Origin: Hemiscyllium ocellatum
Lineage: Eukaryota
Assembly: GCF_020745735.1 (NCBI RefSeq)
Contig: NC_083447.1
Coordinates: 21,532,755-21,596,754 of the forward strand
Length of the DNA stretch: 64,000 nt
Direction of reading: 5' to 3'
In this document: positions 11,697 through 23,970 of the stretch, in pieces
How the letters are laid out: each line of letters starts with the position of its first letter
How positions within the stretch are numbered: position 1 is the stretch's first letter
Position numbers and translations under genes: made by a program
Notes under the pieces: model-generated
The model's input: the letters and a program-made list of their open reading frames with translations, nothing else
What the model was told of the DNA's origin: nothing
Database searches by the model: none

Positions 11697-12117
11697 GTAA
11701 GATATATGGAACTTTTAAAGTTTTGCACTGGAGGCCTTTGGGACATCTATTTGTTAAACTTAATTGCGCTGTTTTCGCATTGTACCGATGGACAATTATG
11801 AGAAACAATTCATATATTAATGTCCGCAGCATGTGCATCCGCAATCCGTACTTGCGATTTGCAACCGATTAACATTATTTTAGTTGCTAAAATATATAAT
11901 TATATCAGATGCTTTTAGTATAACAACGTATTTCTGTTGTTTGTCAATTATTTACTACGGCCTTTAAATACCAGATTTACCTGTTGTTATAAACTGGAGT
12001 TAGATAATGAACCTGTTTTATCCAGAGGCGGCCCTCGGTTGCATTAGTTTTATGTCGAATTTCGATTACAAATTTCTAAAATGGAGCTAATCATGAAATG
12101 CGTCGCTTTTCTTTCAG

Positions 12118-12448
12118 ACTGTCCGCTGGCAGATGTAATACATCAGTGGGCACTTTCGCGCTCTGTTACAAATGGTGAACAGCCCGTATTAAATTGCTAT
12201 CAGAATGAGAGTCTGTAGCAACATGCTCTAGTATCGCCAGAAACCTGGAGAAGGTTTCAAACTCATCGGGTGTCAGTACAGGAGCAACGAAGCTGTGTAT
12301 GAAGAGAACTTCAAGTCACGATTCGAAATCACACGAACCATTAACGAGAGCATGTCTACCCTGACAATCAGCAATGTTGGCCCCGCAGATGAGGCAAGTT
12401 ATTTCTGAGCAGCCAGCGATGGAGTCATCGGAAACCCCAACAAAAACC
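12118..12448 (+). pseudogene. TRBV: TCR-beta V pseudogene (psi-V3)
   Basis: tttcag acceptor; DVIHQW..LNCYQ, frameshift, ML*YRQKPGEG..LTISNVGPADEASYF*AAS. Trp is TAG, second Cys is TGA, heptamer is missing, nonamer ACAAAAACC remains at 12440-12448. Confidence 0.9.
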
Positions 12449-13414
12449 ATCGCAGAGAAACAGCTGATATTCCTGCCGAACACCTTGCCGCCTGAAAGTT
12501 CCGATCTCTTCAGCATGCTAAGTAAACTGGAGTGCAAATAATTACAGAACAAACAAATAGAATAAAGGAAGAAAGATGGAAGGAAAGATGAAAGAAAGTC
12601 CGTAGGTGTATTGAGAATTTCAAAGATTTATCACTGTCATCATTTTCTCAGTCCAAAATGGCCTATCTCTTATTCTGTGACCTCCCCTGAGGAAGTGGTG
12701 ACATCGCGGCATGGTTACTAAACAGTAATCTAGAAGCTCGAACCCATGCTCTGGGGTCATAAATTCGAATCTCACCATTGCAGGCGGTGAACTTTGATCT
12801 AAATTTAATAATGATCACGTATTTACCATTTTACAGTCATATATGCCACCATTACCTGGTCTGGCCAACATATGACTTCAGACCTACAGCAATGTGATTG
12901 ACTCAGTCTGTTCTCTGGGCAATTAAGGATGGATAAGAAATACTGGCCGAGCCAGAAGTACCCATCTCCCATGAACCTAGATAGTGGCACAAAAAAAGCT
13001 TCTTGAGGTCTTTACGAATGTTGTGTATTTCAATGATATTCGCATTTCAATCTTCCAAAATATACGCCTGCTCTGCTTATAGGACAAACACAGAATTCCA
13101 GAAACTAGTCTTTTTTTAAAAAAAACTGTAAGGATAAGTGAAGTGCGGTCTTGTCAAGCTCTTGTTTAATCGCAGCAAGACTTTTTTCTTTTGAAATCAA
13201 CTCTTCTTGCAATAAGGAGCAACATATTACCTGCGCTCTTAATTGCTTGCTGCACATGCTTGTTAGTTTCAGTGACGTAAGAACCAAGAATATTCCATGT
13301 GCAATTTGGTAGTGGAAATAAAGCCGTTCTGAGCGGGAATTCTGTCTTGGTGGCGGTTGGAGGAGCGGGGCTCAAGGGCGGAGGAGCGGGAATTCTGTCT
13401 TGGTGGCGGTTGGA

Positions 13415-14090
13415 CCTCCTCCCTCACTTCCCTCCAAGGCCCCAAGGGATCCTTCCATATCCGCCACAAGTTCACCTGTACCTCCACACACATCATCTAT
13501 TGCATCCGCTGCACCCGATGTGGCCTCCTCTACATTGGGGAGACGGGCCGCTTACTTGCGGAAAGCTTCAGAGAACGCCTCAGGGACGCCCGGACCAACC
13601 AACCCAACCACCCAGTGGCTCAACACTTTAACTCTCTCTCCCACTCCACCGAGGACATGCAGGTCCTTGGACTCCTCCACCGGCAGAACATAACAACACG
13701 ACGGCTGGAGGAGGAGCGCCTCATCTTCCGCCTGGGAACCCTCCAACCACAAGGGATGAACTCAGATTTCTCCAGTTTCCTCATTTCCCCTCCCCCCACC
13801 TTGTCTCAGTCGGTTCCCTCAACTCAGCACCACCCTCCTAACCTGCAATCTTCTTCCTAACCTCTCCGCCCCCACCCCACTCAGGCCTATCACCCTCACC
13901 TTGACCTCCTTCCACCTATCACATCTCCATCGCCCCTCCCCCAAGTCCCTCCTCCCTACCTTTTATCTTTGCCTGCTTGGCACACTCTTCTCAGTCCTGA
14001 TGAAGGGCTTATGCCCGAACGTCGAATTTCCTATTCCTTGGATGCTGCCTAACCTGCTGTGCTTTAACCAGCAACACATTTTCAGCTATG
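13415..14090 (+). mobile_element. Penelope-like retroelement, 5'-truncated (GIY-YIG + 3' region)
   Basis: IIYCIRCTRCGLLYIGETGR..HF..H..RRLEEERLIFRLGTLQPQGMN; hammerhead-like motif at 13997-14023. Confidence 0.9.
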
Positions 14091-14094
14091 CCCT

Positions 14095-14570
14095 CTTGTC
14101 CTAGTTTCACCCACCGGTGGAGACATCTCTATTTCTATCTCACTCATTCCCTTCAAAATTTTATGTTCCTGTGGCGATCCTCCCTAATTCGTCTAAATTC
14201 CAATGAATATAATCCCAGTCTACTCAGTCGCTCCTCATAAAACAACCCCATCTACTCCAGAATCAACTTAGTCAACCACTTCTGTACCTTCTCTAGAGCC
14301 AGAGCATTCCTTCCCAAGTCAAGAAACCAAAACTGTACACACTACTCCAGATGTGGCCTCACTAGCACCTTGTACAGCTGCAACATAACCGCCCTGTTTT
14401 TAAACTCAATCCCTTCAGCAATAAAGGAAAAAATTCCATTTGTATTCCTAATTACTTATTATACGGCAAACCAACCCTCTGTGATTCATGCACAAGAACC
14501 CCAGATCCCTCTGTATAGCAGCATGCTGCAACGTTTTACCATTCAGATAATAATCCTTTTAAACTAGTAT
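14095..14570 (-). mobile_element. CR1 LINE fragment
   Basis: Reverse-complement similarity to the CR1 RT C-terminal region. Confidence 0.65.
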
Positions 14571-15411
14571 TACGATCGTTTGTTACGATGTAATTCACTG
14601 AAGCTACTTGCAAATGCTCATTGAAGCCGAAAGGTATCGGCAAAAAAAAGTTACTGTTCGGGGCATCAATTGAACTTTTCAAGCGAGTTTTATTGAAGTT
14701 GATCAACGCTGACCAATCTATTTATGATATAAATAGTGATTATATATGTTAACTGTAGAATAGCTCGAGAACGTTAATTGCATCTTCATGCCTCTATGTT
14801 CCTACATTTCCATACCGAAAGATTAATGAAGTATCTCGTGGCACTACACCATGAAATGTGACAAACAAAATATAAGTTCATCGTCTTAGTAGTTTTCTTT
14901 GTGAGGCTGAAGAGTGCAGACGGGTTTTAAAATGAAAATAAAACAAGCCCTGAACTCTTTAACTGTCTGCCGACCTAATTTTGGCTATTCCAGATGAATT
15001 ACTATTACATTATTGCAACAGCAGGTGGCAATGCCAGATCAAATACATTTGATTCTCACTGCAGTACATATTTGAATTATACAGAACATTGTTGTGCTGG
15101 AACATAAGAACTAAGACCCCCTACTACGATTAGCTAAACTCCTGGCACTCCTTTGCTAACCACACTGTGCATCACTCTGTGGGCGTCAGTAGCGCAAACA
15201 AAAATGAATAATTGGAAAGATCTGACGACTCTTCAAGATTTAGCACAAATGTTGGGCCTGACATCAAAATTCATACTCAATGACTGAATTAAAAAAAAAG
15301 TAAGCCTTTTATTTCTTAGAGTACAAAGTGAGGTCTGCAGATGCTGGAGATCAGAGCTGAAAATGTGTTGCTGGTTAAAGCACAGCAGGTTAGGCAGCAT
15401 CCAAGGAACAG

Positions 15412-15450
15412 GAAATTCGACGTTTCGGGCCAGAGCCCTTCATCAGGAAT
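15412..15450 (-). ncRNA. Minimal type-I hammerhead ribozyme motif in a Penelope 3' relic
   Basis: AUUC-CUGAUGA-AGGGC(UCUG)GCCC-GAAACGUC-GAAU: intact core, stem II and stem I. Confidence 0.65.
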
Positions 15451-16913
15451 TAGAGCCACCTCTACCATTCATTAAAAACAGTTTTTTTTTGCCGCCTTAG
15501 CTCTTCTTGTCTATGCTTATTATCTTTGTCTTACCCTTTGGCACAACGTCTACCAATCTCTGTCCTGAATAAAACAAATGACTGGACATTTCTTTGGAAG
15601 GAGAATTCCAAAAATTCACAACTCCTTTTGTGGAGAAATTTATGCTAATACTGAATAGTCGATCAATTATTAGAACATCTTGTCACCTATTGTTATTGTT
15701 CTTATTTGTTGGATGTAGGCATCACTGGCAAGTTCAGAATATATTGCAAATCCCTAAAACCTCCGGAATCGGATGTCTCGTCGGGCCATTTCTACTTGTT
15801 GTTCTCTATTCTCACCATGAGAGAACAAAATCCTATGAAACCTCTTCTCGCAGGTCAAACCTCTCGTTCCAGAGGTTACTCACGCCATAATAATGCCTCT
15901 GAGAGAAGTAAGATTTTTCTTTTGCAAGTATAGTTTAACAGTAAACGTGTGCAATTTCACAAAAAATGAAGTATTTTTGCTGCTTGAGTTCATATTCTAT
16001 CACCTTAAATAAATAAATCGATAAATAAAAACAGATTTATTGCCTCAACGTTTTTCCTGAACATAAATGGCACCTTGAGATGATTCATGTGCACGGTCTC
16101 CCAAAAGCCTTTGAGCATCAATACCCACCTATATTACACAGTTTTGGAAGATATTCTGCTTCTCTGTCAAATTAAACATATCAAACACAAATTTCGCAAT
16201 CTCCGTAAAACAGAATACACTTGAACTGTTCAGATCACATGGAACAGCACAGAATCTACAGCAGGGTCAAGGCAATTCCGCACAACTTTGCCAGCCTTTA
16301 TTAGTTGCACCTTCAAATCACGTTGTCAAATCATAGTGCTATCTCTGTTTTAAGCCATTTCCCATTCAATCATTCTTCGATCGTGTGTAATTATCCAATC
16401 ATTTATTTATCTATTATCAACGGAATTCTTCATTTGGACAGTATTTTTATTTGGCAATTTTCTTTCTATCTTTCTGTAGAAGGCAAATGCATTTGGAAAC
16501 TTTACTGTGCTTTACTGAACGTATTGAATGCACTTTACTAATTCCCCACAAATACCACGAAGGTGTAGTCACAGTTTTCCAACCACTTCGGAATGTCGGT
16601 TAAAAGAAAGGAAATTAGGCGCATAAGTGAACACCCAAAGCAATAATAACCTGAAATTAACTCTTAAAGTACTGAAATTGCTTAGAAGGTATTGTCAATT
16701 CGATATAATTAATGCTTCAGGTCTTATGCTACTTAAAAATCAGAAGATCTTCAAATATTTTGCTTTTAGATCGGATCTGAAATAGTTAACGTTCTTCCTA
16801 CTCAGAAAATCACTTATAGTAAGACAACAGAAGTCGGAGCATTTGAACCAATTCCATATAATATTAATTCACTTCCGTACACAGCTTTTATTCAGCAAGG
16901 CTTGTCACATCCG

Positions 16914-16921
16914 TGGCGTCA
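16914..16921 (+). promoter_or_regulatory. CRE-like motif (TGGCGTCA) in V4 promoter
   Basis: One mismatch from TGACGTCA, ~105 nt upstream of the V4 ATG, a spacing similar to V2. Confidence 0.4.
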
Positions 16922-17025
16922 TTTCCAGTTGGCACGTTGCAACTTTCACACATGCCTTCAACAATAGATTCCGTATGTTATTTATCTCTTCGCTTGTCAG
17001 ACTTCATATTGGGCTCCCTAGAAAG

Positions 17026-17071
17026 ATGGAAATAAATCTCCTGTTCTGTGCCTTTGCATTGCTGATGTTTT
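17026..17071 (+). CDS. TRBV: V4 leader exon (MEINLLFCAFALLMF)
   Basis: 46 nt, hydrophobic, T|GTAAGC phase-1 donor in frame with the exon at 17491. Confidence 0.9.
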
Positions 17072-17490
17072 GTAAGCTAACTTCAAACCCATTGTTCTTG
17101 CGTTGAAACAAAGTTTACTTACGTACGATTAATGATCGATGTAACTTTTTCCTTTGTTTTATTGCTTTTGCTTTCTCTATGTAGAAAGCGAAGTATGAGT
17201 TATGTTATACTAATATTTTGCTATATAACAAATATGTATTCATTAAGTCTCTCCTGTTAATTTACATAGAATTCCTAGGGAGACATTTTGGCTGTGGAAT
17301 CTTTTAGATTAGTTTATACAAAAAGCTGGAACAAATTAGCTGGGAGAATTGACTTCCTTTTTGTGCCGTATGATTTGTTAAGATTATTTTCGGTAGAAAA
17401 CACACTGTAATGTACGGAAGCCATCGTTCTTCATCCATTCGACTACTGTCGCTACATTAACGGAATTATATATCTTATTTTCCACTTCAG

Positions 17491-17792
17491 GCCATTGTCG
17501 ATGCGTTTCAGTGTCTCAGATTCCCAGAGAACTGACTGTGCGCCGAGAGGACACCGCAGCGTTGACCTGTCAACAGGAGGACAGTGATTACATCACAATG
17601 CTCTGGTACCGGCAGTCTGGTGGACAGGGTCTGCAACTTGTGGCGATTGACGTGTCTGGGAATAAACCCACTTTCGAGAGAGGATTCGAGAAGGGGTTCG
17701 ACGTGGTGAGACGCAATCTGAAAACGTCCATTCTAAAAATTCTGTCTGTAAACCCGGGTGATACAGCGATGTATTTCTGCGCTGCAAGTGAA
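17491..17792 (+). CDS. TRBV: TCR-beta V4 exon
   Basis: cttcag acceptor; VSVSQIP..LTCQQ..MLWYRQ..GLQL..DTAMYFCAASE, open frame. Confidence 0.95.
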
Positions 17793-17831
17793 CACAGTGT
17801 TTCAAATCTCTTATGCGGCATGACAATAACC
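17793..17831 (+). other. 23-spacer RSS of V4
   Basis: CACAGTG + 23 nt + ACAATAACC. Confidence 0.95.
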
Positions 17832-20029
17832 ATCTTGTAGCATTTCAAGAGCTATATTTTCCTGCTTGTACCTTTCCGATGTCAGTTCCTGGCTATCCCT
17901 CACGTGTTGGCATGTCCAACTATATTGGACAGAAAGAGAGTCAGATAGTTCACAAAATCTGTCAACCAAATACAAAGCCTGAATCAGGAATTTAGTGAAT
18001 ACTGCCCAGTTGTCTGGATGAATGGACCTTTAAAACTTTCAAGAAGCTTGACATACAAATCAGCTCACTTGATTGGCACCACATCCACAAAAAAATCGCT
18101 AATTTCAGAATTGACATTGAACAGCAGCAATGTGTACCAGTTACAACGTACTCTATAAATATTCATCAAATAAACAACACCTTCCAAATCCATGATTGGC
18201 ACCGACTAAAAGATGGGCAGGAGAGACATGGGGGCATCATCACCTGCAAGTCCCTCTCCAAACAATTCGCCATGATGATTTGAAACTACATCACTATTCG
18301 TTCAGTATCCCTGGGTCCGAGTGTTAAAACTGCCAACTATTCCTCCAACGGCATTTTGGGCTTACCTATAATAAACAGACTGCAATAGTTCAAAAATACA
18401 GCTCACCATCACATTTCAAAGGCATCAATGGATGGGAAATAACTGCAGGTTTAGGTATCGATACCCACATCCCACGAATGAATAAGAACAGGATAGCATT
18501 ACGGTTAATGATAACCAGGGTGTGAGAGAAAAACAGATTGCATATACAAATAGGCTAAAATAAGGTTTAAGTGAAGAAAAATGGTAACAGAAGCGTGAAA
18601 ATTTAAGTATCTTTCTCAAAATACGTTTGCAATTCGTATCAAGATGGCTATAGCAATGTGATATCCCATACAGAGAAATGATCGCAAGGTAAAAAAGAGA
18701 AATAATCAGGGAAGTGCATATGCCAGGGTAATTGACAGTTTGGAAGTATAAACAACACACATGAGATGGTCAGATGATTATCCAATAAATGATGAAATGA
18801 TAAATGAACCAGGTCTGATGAAGAACGTATGCCCGAAGCATCGATTCTCCTGCTCCTCGGATATTTGCCTGACCGGCTGTGCTTTTCCAGCACCACGCTC
18901 TTCGACTCGCATCTTCAAATAGGCCTCTATTTTTTCTTACCTGAAATATTCAAAGCTGTGGTTGGGGTCTGGGACATGAGCAGGTGGGGAATGATTCTGA
19001 CGGTAATGGGGAATCCAGAAGAAATCATATCCCAGACTGCAGGTGGGATTTGTACTACACAACGGATACAAGAGATCATCACCTGTAAGAAACTAAGCCT
19101 AATTGACAGAGAGACTTTGAGTTGATGGGAGCCAGTGAATGAAGGCTGGTAGATGAGGTACATTCATGTAGGGACTGGGGGAGTGATGAAAATATGGTGG
19201 TGATTGTGAGCCTGAGGGGTTTGGGATGGATCGAGGGAATGAATAGATCGGATGCCAGGGGTGGCATTGCTAGTCTTAATGGGAGATTGTGGTGTTGCCT
19301 ACAGATGGTGAAAAACTTATGTCTTGGGCTGTTGGATCAAGAGGTGGGTCGTGGGTTTGAAGGCTGAGGGACAAGGAGGGAACAGGAGGCAACGTGGGGT
19401 GTTGCAGAGAACGGTTTAGGAAAGATAGATGGCTGCCCATACATGGAACTTCCACAGGCCGGCCTGCTGAATTCGAGAGGTATTGGAACGGTTTTCATCT
19501 CCTGGATCTACAGATCCTCACCTAGTTGCGGTTGGCTTGTTCGCCAATGCTTGGAAAACCTGGACGACCAGCGTTAAACTTGAAAAATTAAATGATGTTA
19601 TTGCCCACTGCATCATTGCCATATTTGCTTCCGTGGAGTGAGATAGCTAATTACAACTGTGGAGGGTGTACATTGGGAAGTGGCTGGTTTATATCATAAA
19701 GATTCCCTTTAATGCCGGTCAAATTTGCTTTATTTAGGATAAAATTTCCCAACAAACTCGATGCACAGAAAAAAAACCAGGCAGTGACTTTTGCCTGGAA
19801 ATTTGCGAAATCATGATGAAAGTAAGAAAGTATAAAACAATAACAGGAAATTGGCAAATCTCTTTAGACATTCATAACCAGATACTTACAGTAGTTTGAC
19901 CCTGGAAAGAAACCAGGGTCAAAATGTTGTGCTGGCATAGGATATGCATTCCTCTTACATTTAGTTGTTGCAGCCATTTACCTTCCTTGCAGCTTCTGAT
20001 GTCTGAGTACACTTGTATATTCGGGTTAA

Positions 20030-20600
20030 TATTGTTGTGGTTCTGCTCGCCGAGCTGGAAGTTTTTGCTGCAAACGTTTCGTTCCCTGGCTAGGGAACAT
20101 CATCAGTGCTGTTGGAGCCTCGTGTGAAGCGCTGCTTTGATGTTTCTTCCGGTATTTATATTGGTTTGTTCTTGCCGCTTCCGGGTGTCAGTTTCAGCTG
20201 CAGTGATTTGTATGTGGGGTCCAGGTCGATATGTCTGTTGATGGACGTTCTTGCCGTTTCCGGGTGTCAGTTTCAGCTGTAGTGGTTTGTATATGGTGTC
20301 CAGGTCAATGTGTCTGTTAATGGAGTTTGTGGATGAATGCCATGCTTCTAGGAATTCTCTGGCTGTTCTCTGTCTGGCTTGTCCTATGATAGTGGTGTTT
20401 TCCCAGTCAAATTCATGTTGCTGGTTGTCTGAGTGTATGGCTACTAGAGATAGCTGGTCGTGTCGTTTTGTGGCTAGCTGATGTTCATGGATGCGGATTG
20501 TTAGCTGTCTTCTTGTTTGTCCTATATAGTGTTTTGTGCAGTCCTTGCATGGTACTTTGTAAACTACGTTAGTTTGGCTCATGCTGGGTATTGGGTCTAA
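20030..20600 (-). mobile_element. Penelope-like retroelement 3' part (GIY-YIG), second family
   Basis: VVYKVPCKDCTKHYIGQT..RIHEH..REFLEAWHS; internal 79-nt tandem duplication; hammerhead core at 20073-20106. Confidence 0.9.
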
Positions 20601-21369
20601 ACTATGCCAGAAACGGAAATGAGACAGGACTTATTCATGATCTTACATCAAAACAAAATCCTCATACCATGGATGATTACAATGTGATAGAAGAAATTCA
20701 GTTTGAAGTTGAGAAATTTGTAGCTGAAAATCGAATTTTAAACTTAATTAAATAAGAGTATGCGTTAATGAGAATGAGTTGACGAAAGGGAATAGCTCAG
20801 ATAGGAAAAAAGTGAAGCGGTTCGTGTCAGATCTTGTATTGAGGAAAACAATTTACTACTACCACCTCGAAGCAACCCAAGATAGGGTGTTCATATTGTA
20901 TCTGTTTGTAATGACAATATGCACTGAAATCTCAAAAGAAAACAAAAAAAACACAAACTTTTCCACAGCACTGGCATCAACGGGAGAGGGCATTAGCACA
21001 CACAAGGCTACTAAGCACGCTCTAATACAAAGTGCTAGTTTCTCAACTTAATCATTCAACTGTAACTTTGATATAATCCGAATTCACGTCTTCCCAAATG
21101 ATGCATTCCAATTGTTGACTATTATTTTGTTCACGTGCTTCCAGATATATCGTTGATCTGTACCCCATTACTCGAATAAAAATGCAAAAGATTTCCGATT
21201 TCCTCATTTGTTCTAAGTTCTTTGTACAGGAAATGAATAATTTTCAAAGTCTAACATTTAAAAAAAAAGGCACACATTTGTGGTTGGCGTTCGCTCGTGG
21301 CAGACAGAGGTGTATCGTCTGTTGTCACATAATATAGACTAAAAAAGACATTAAAGTGTAGAAGCAGAA

Positions 21370-22470
21370 ATAGCTCATTCAGCCCACAATTCAGTAAGAC
21401 CATGGCGGATCTGAAAATCTTCAACTGCTTTTTTCCTTATGATCCTTAATTACTTTACTAATTAAAAGTCTGCCTGTTGCAGTATTTAATATATTTAATG
21501 ACCCAGCCTCCACAACTCAGTGGTTGTTGAGATTCAATAGAGTCAATTCCCTGTGAGTAAAAAGTACTCTCTGTTTTAAATGTGTAACCAATTATTCTGA
21601 GATGTCCTCTGGTTTTAACCTTTACCACAGGGAGAAACAACGTTTCCACATCCAACTTGTCAAGTCCCCTGAAAATATTTCAAAAAGATTGCTTCTTGCT
21701 CCTCTCAATTCTAACATGTTTAGACACAGTCCATGAATCTCTCCTGGTAAGACAATCTCTTCATAGTGGGTATCAGCGTAGTGAACCTCCTTCAGTTCCT
21801 GTAAACCTTTCCTTAAATACTGGCCAAAAACAGTTCACAGTTTTCCAGCTGGGGTGCGATGCGTGCCTTGTATAGTTTTAGAAAATCCTCTATTCTTTTA
21901 TATCACGTTCCCATTGAAGTAAAGGCCAGCATTCTGTTTACGTTCCATATCACCCGCTGAATTGGGTGCAAACTTTTAGAATTCATGGATGAGGACTCCC
22001 AAATCTTTCTGTTCTGCAGCTAAATTTAGTCTTTCTCCATTTAAGTAACGTTGAGCTCCTCCGTTTTATAATGTCAGGATGCGGGATTCACGTTTTCCCA
22101 CATGGTATTTCATATGCCAAGTATTCTGGTCACTTGCTTAACTATTTGCATCCTCCTGCATATTTTGTCATTCGTACCACTTGCCATTACATCTATTTTT
22201 GTGCCATCTGCAAATTTGACGAATGTACATTCAATTTTCTCGCCTGAGTCATTAATATATATCGGAAATGATATATATTAGTCACATATTTTGGCTCCAC
22301 CATTGATTCCTATGGCATTCCACCAGTTACAGGTTTCCATTCTGAAGATGCTCTCCTTCTCCTAATTGTCTGTCTGCTATTATTGAAAAGTCATTAATCA
22401 TTTCCATTATGGGTACAATACAGACGACACCAACTGTCACTTCCTGCTAAAAAGATACTATTCTGCAGCA
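21370..22470 (-). mobile_element. Old CR1 LINE fragment
   Basis: Degenerate RT C-terminus and 3' tail on the minus strand. Confidence 0.65.
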
Positions 22471-23297
22471 TCTGATTGCAATTCTACCTTGTGTGAAGGG
22501 CAAGAGAAATATGTCCTCTCCCATCGACGTCTATACGAAAATAAGAGGAATTATTTCTCACTTTCGCCTTCTTTAATTTATAATTATATTAAACCTGAAG
22601 CACTTTCTATCGTCTTTGACTACCATCGCAAGTCAACGAATCTTCAAAGGTGTCTTTTTTCTGAAGCCTAGCACTGTTGCAATGTGTGGAACGTGGCAAT
22701 CAATTTCTGCCAAAGTCTCGACAAATAATAATGTAACAACGATCTTCACGGCTTTCCGTGAAGTCGTTTCAGGATTAAACTGCCTCCCCAGGTTACTGAG
22801 CGAATTCGCTGCTTTTCTTCAAAACTGTGGCACTTGAAATGTTAACGTCTTCTGAGAGTTCAATAAAAAAAAGACATCCGAATCTTCCTCAGTACTGAGC
22901 CTCCGGCAAATCCAATGTCCACTCGTTACCGGTCTTCTGACTTTGCAGTATTGTTCTTCCGAGAGCGCAGGTAACTGTCATATTCCTTCAAACATGCACT
23001 CTCCCTCCCTGCTGACCCACCGACAACGTAACACTCTGTCAATACTTCTCCTTTCAGTCCAGCAGAACTTCTTTTGCACTGCACTGAGTGTCGCTCACGG
23101 TTGTGCTTTCGTTTCAATCATGTGATTTAAATGTAATAATCTCATTGGCGTGGGTGCGGCCTAGGGGGTCTCAGCTCGTATATCAATACACGCAGGACTG
23201 CTTAAGCTCCTTCCAACTCAGCAAATTGCGAAAGCAATATCACCTGGTGTTATTCTATAAGACAGCTAGAACATCAGGAGGCAGAGATTGGGATAGA

Positions 23298-23343
23298 ATG
23301 CATTTGGGCCCGAATTCATGCATCATTATTTTATTGTTGCCGT
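23298..23343 (+). CDS. TRBV: V5 leader exon (MHLGPNSCIIILLLP)
   Basis: 46 nt, T|GTAAGT phase-1 donor in frame with the exon at 23625. Confidence 0.88.
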
Positions 23344-23624
23344 GTAAGTCACTTGGCCCTCCCACTGAGTTTATTGAGGTCATGTTCAGAGATATTGGAA
23401 ATATTAGGAATTACAGTATTAATTGTCGTTAGTGGTGAACTGATTAGGGAAAGGTTTTTGAAACATTTAACAATTGAGTGGTGATTGTGAAAAGGCAATT
23501 GTTGGATCTCGGCGATGAACCTCCTACTAGTTTGCTGTATCTTAGACACATTAATAATGGTTTGTTTTCGAAAGCGTTGCCAGTAACTTTAAAAGCAAGT
23601 TTCGCTTTTTCTTCTGTTACATAG

Positions 23625-23931
23625 ATGTGATCTCTCAGGAGCATCGGATCTTCCAATCGCCAACTCAATTGTCTGTTGAATGGGGAAAAGGCGTGAGCTT
23701 GAACTGCCGACAAAGTCAGTCGTTAGAGTACATGTATTGGTACCAACAGAAGAAAGGTGGAGGACTGCAAATGCTTTTGCGCTCATATGGCTATGACAGC
23801 AATATAGAGAAAGAGAAAGGTGTCTCCGATCGGTACCAAGCAACAAGGAATGGTATGCAAAACATTAACTTGAACATAACTGGGGCGAATACAGAGGATG
23901 AAGGGACATATTACTGTGCTGCCAGTAGTGT
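23625..23931 (+). CDS. TRBV: TCR-beta V5 exon
   Basis: acatag acceptor; RIFQSP..LNCRQSQSLEYMYWYQQK..GLQML..EDEGTYYCAASS, a typical V-beta pattern. Confidence 0.95.
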
Positions 23932-23970
23932 CACAGAGGCGCAAGTAAGTGATCCTTCAGTTCAAAAACC
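23932..23970 (+). other. 23-spacer RSS of V5
   Basis: CACAGAG + 23 nt + TCAAAAACC. Confidence 0.92.

Noticed and set aside
17195-17231. Hydrophobic ATG run (MSYVILIFCYIT) as V4 leader
   Set aside because: Followed by ATATGT rather than GT; the 17026-17071 exon has a proper donor.
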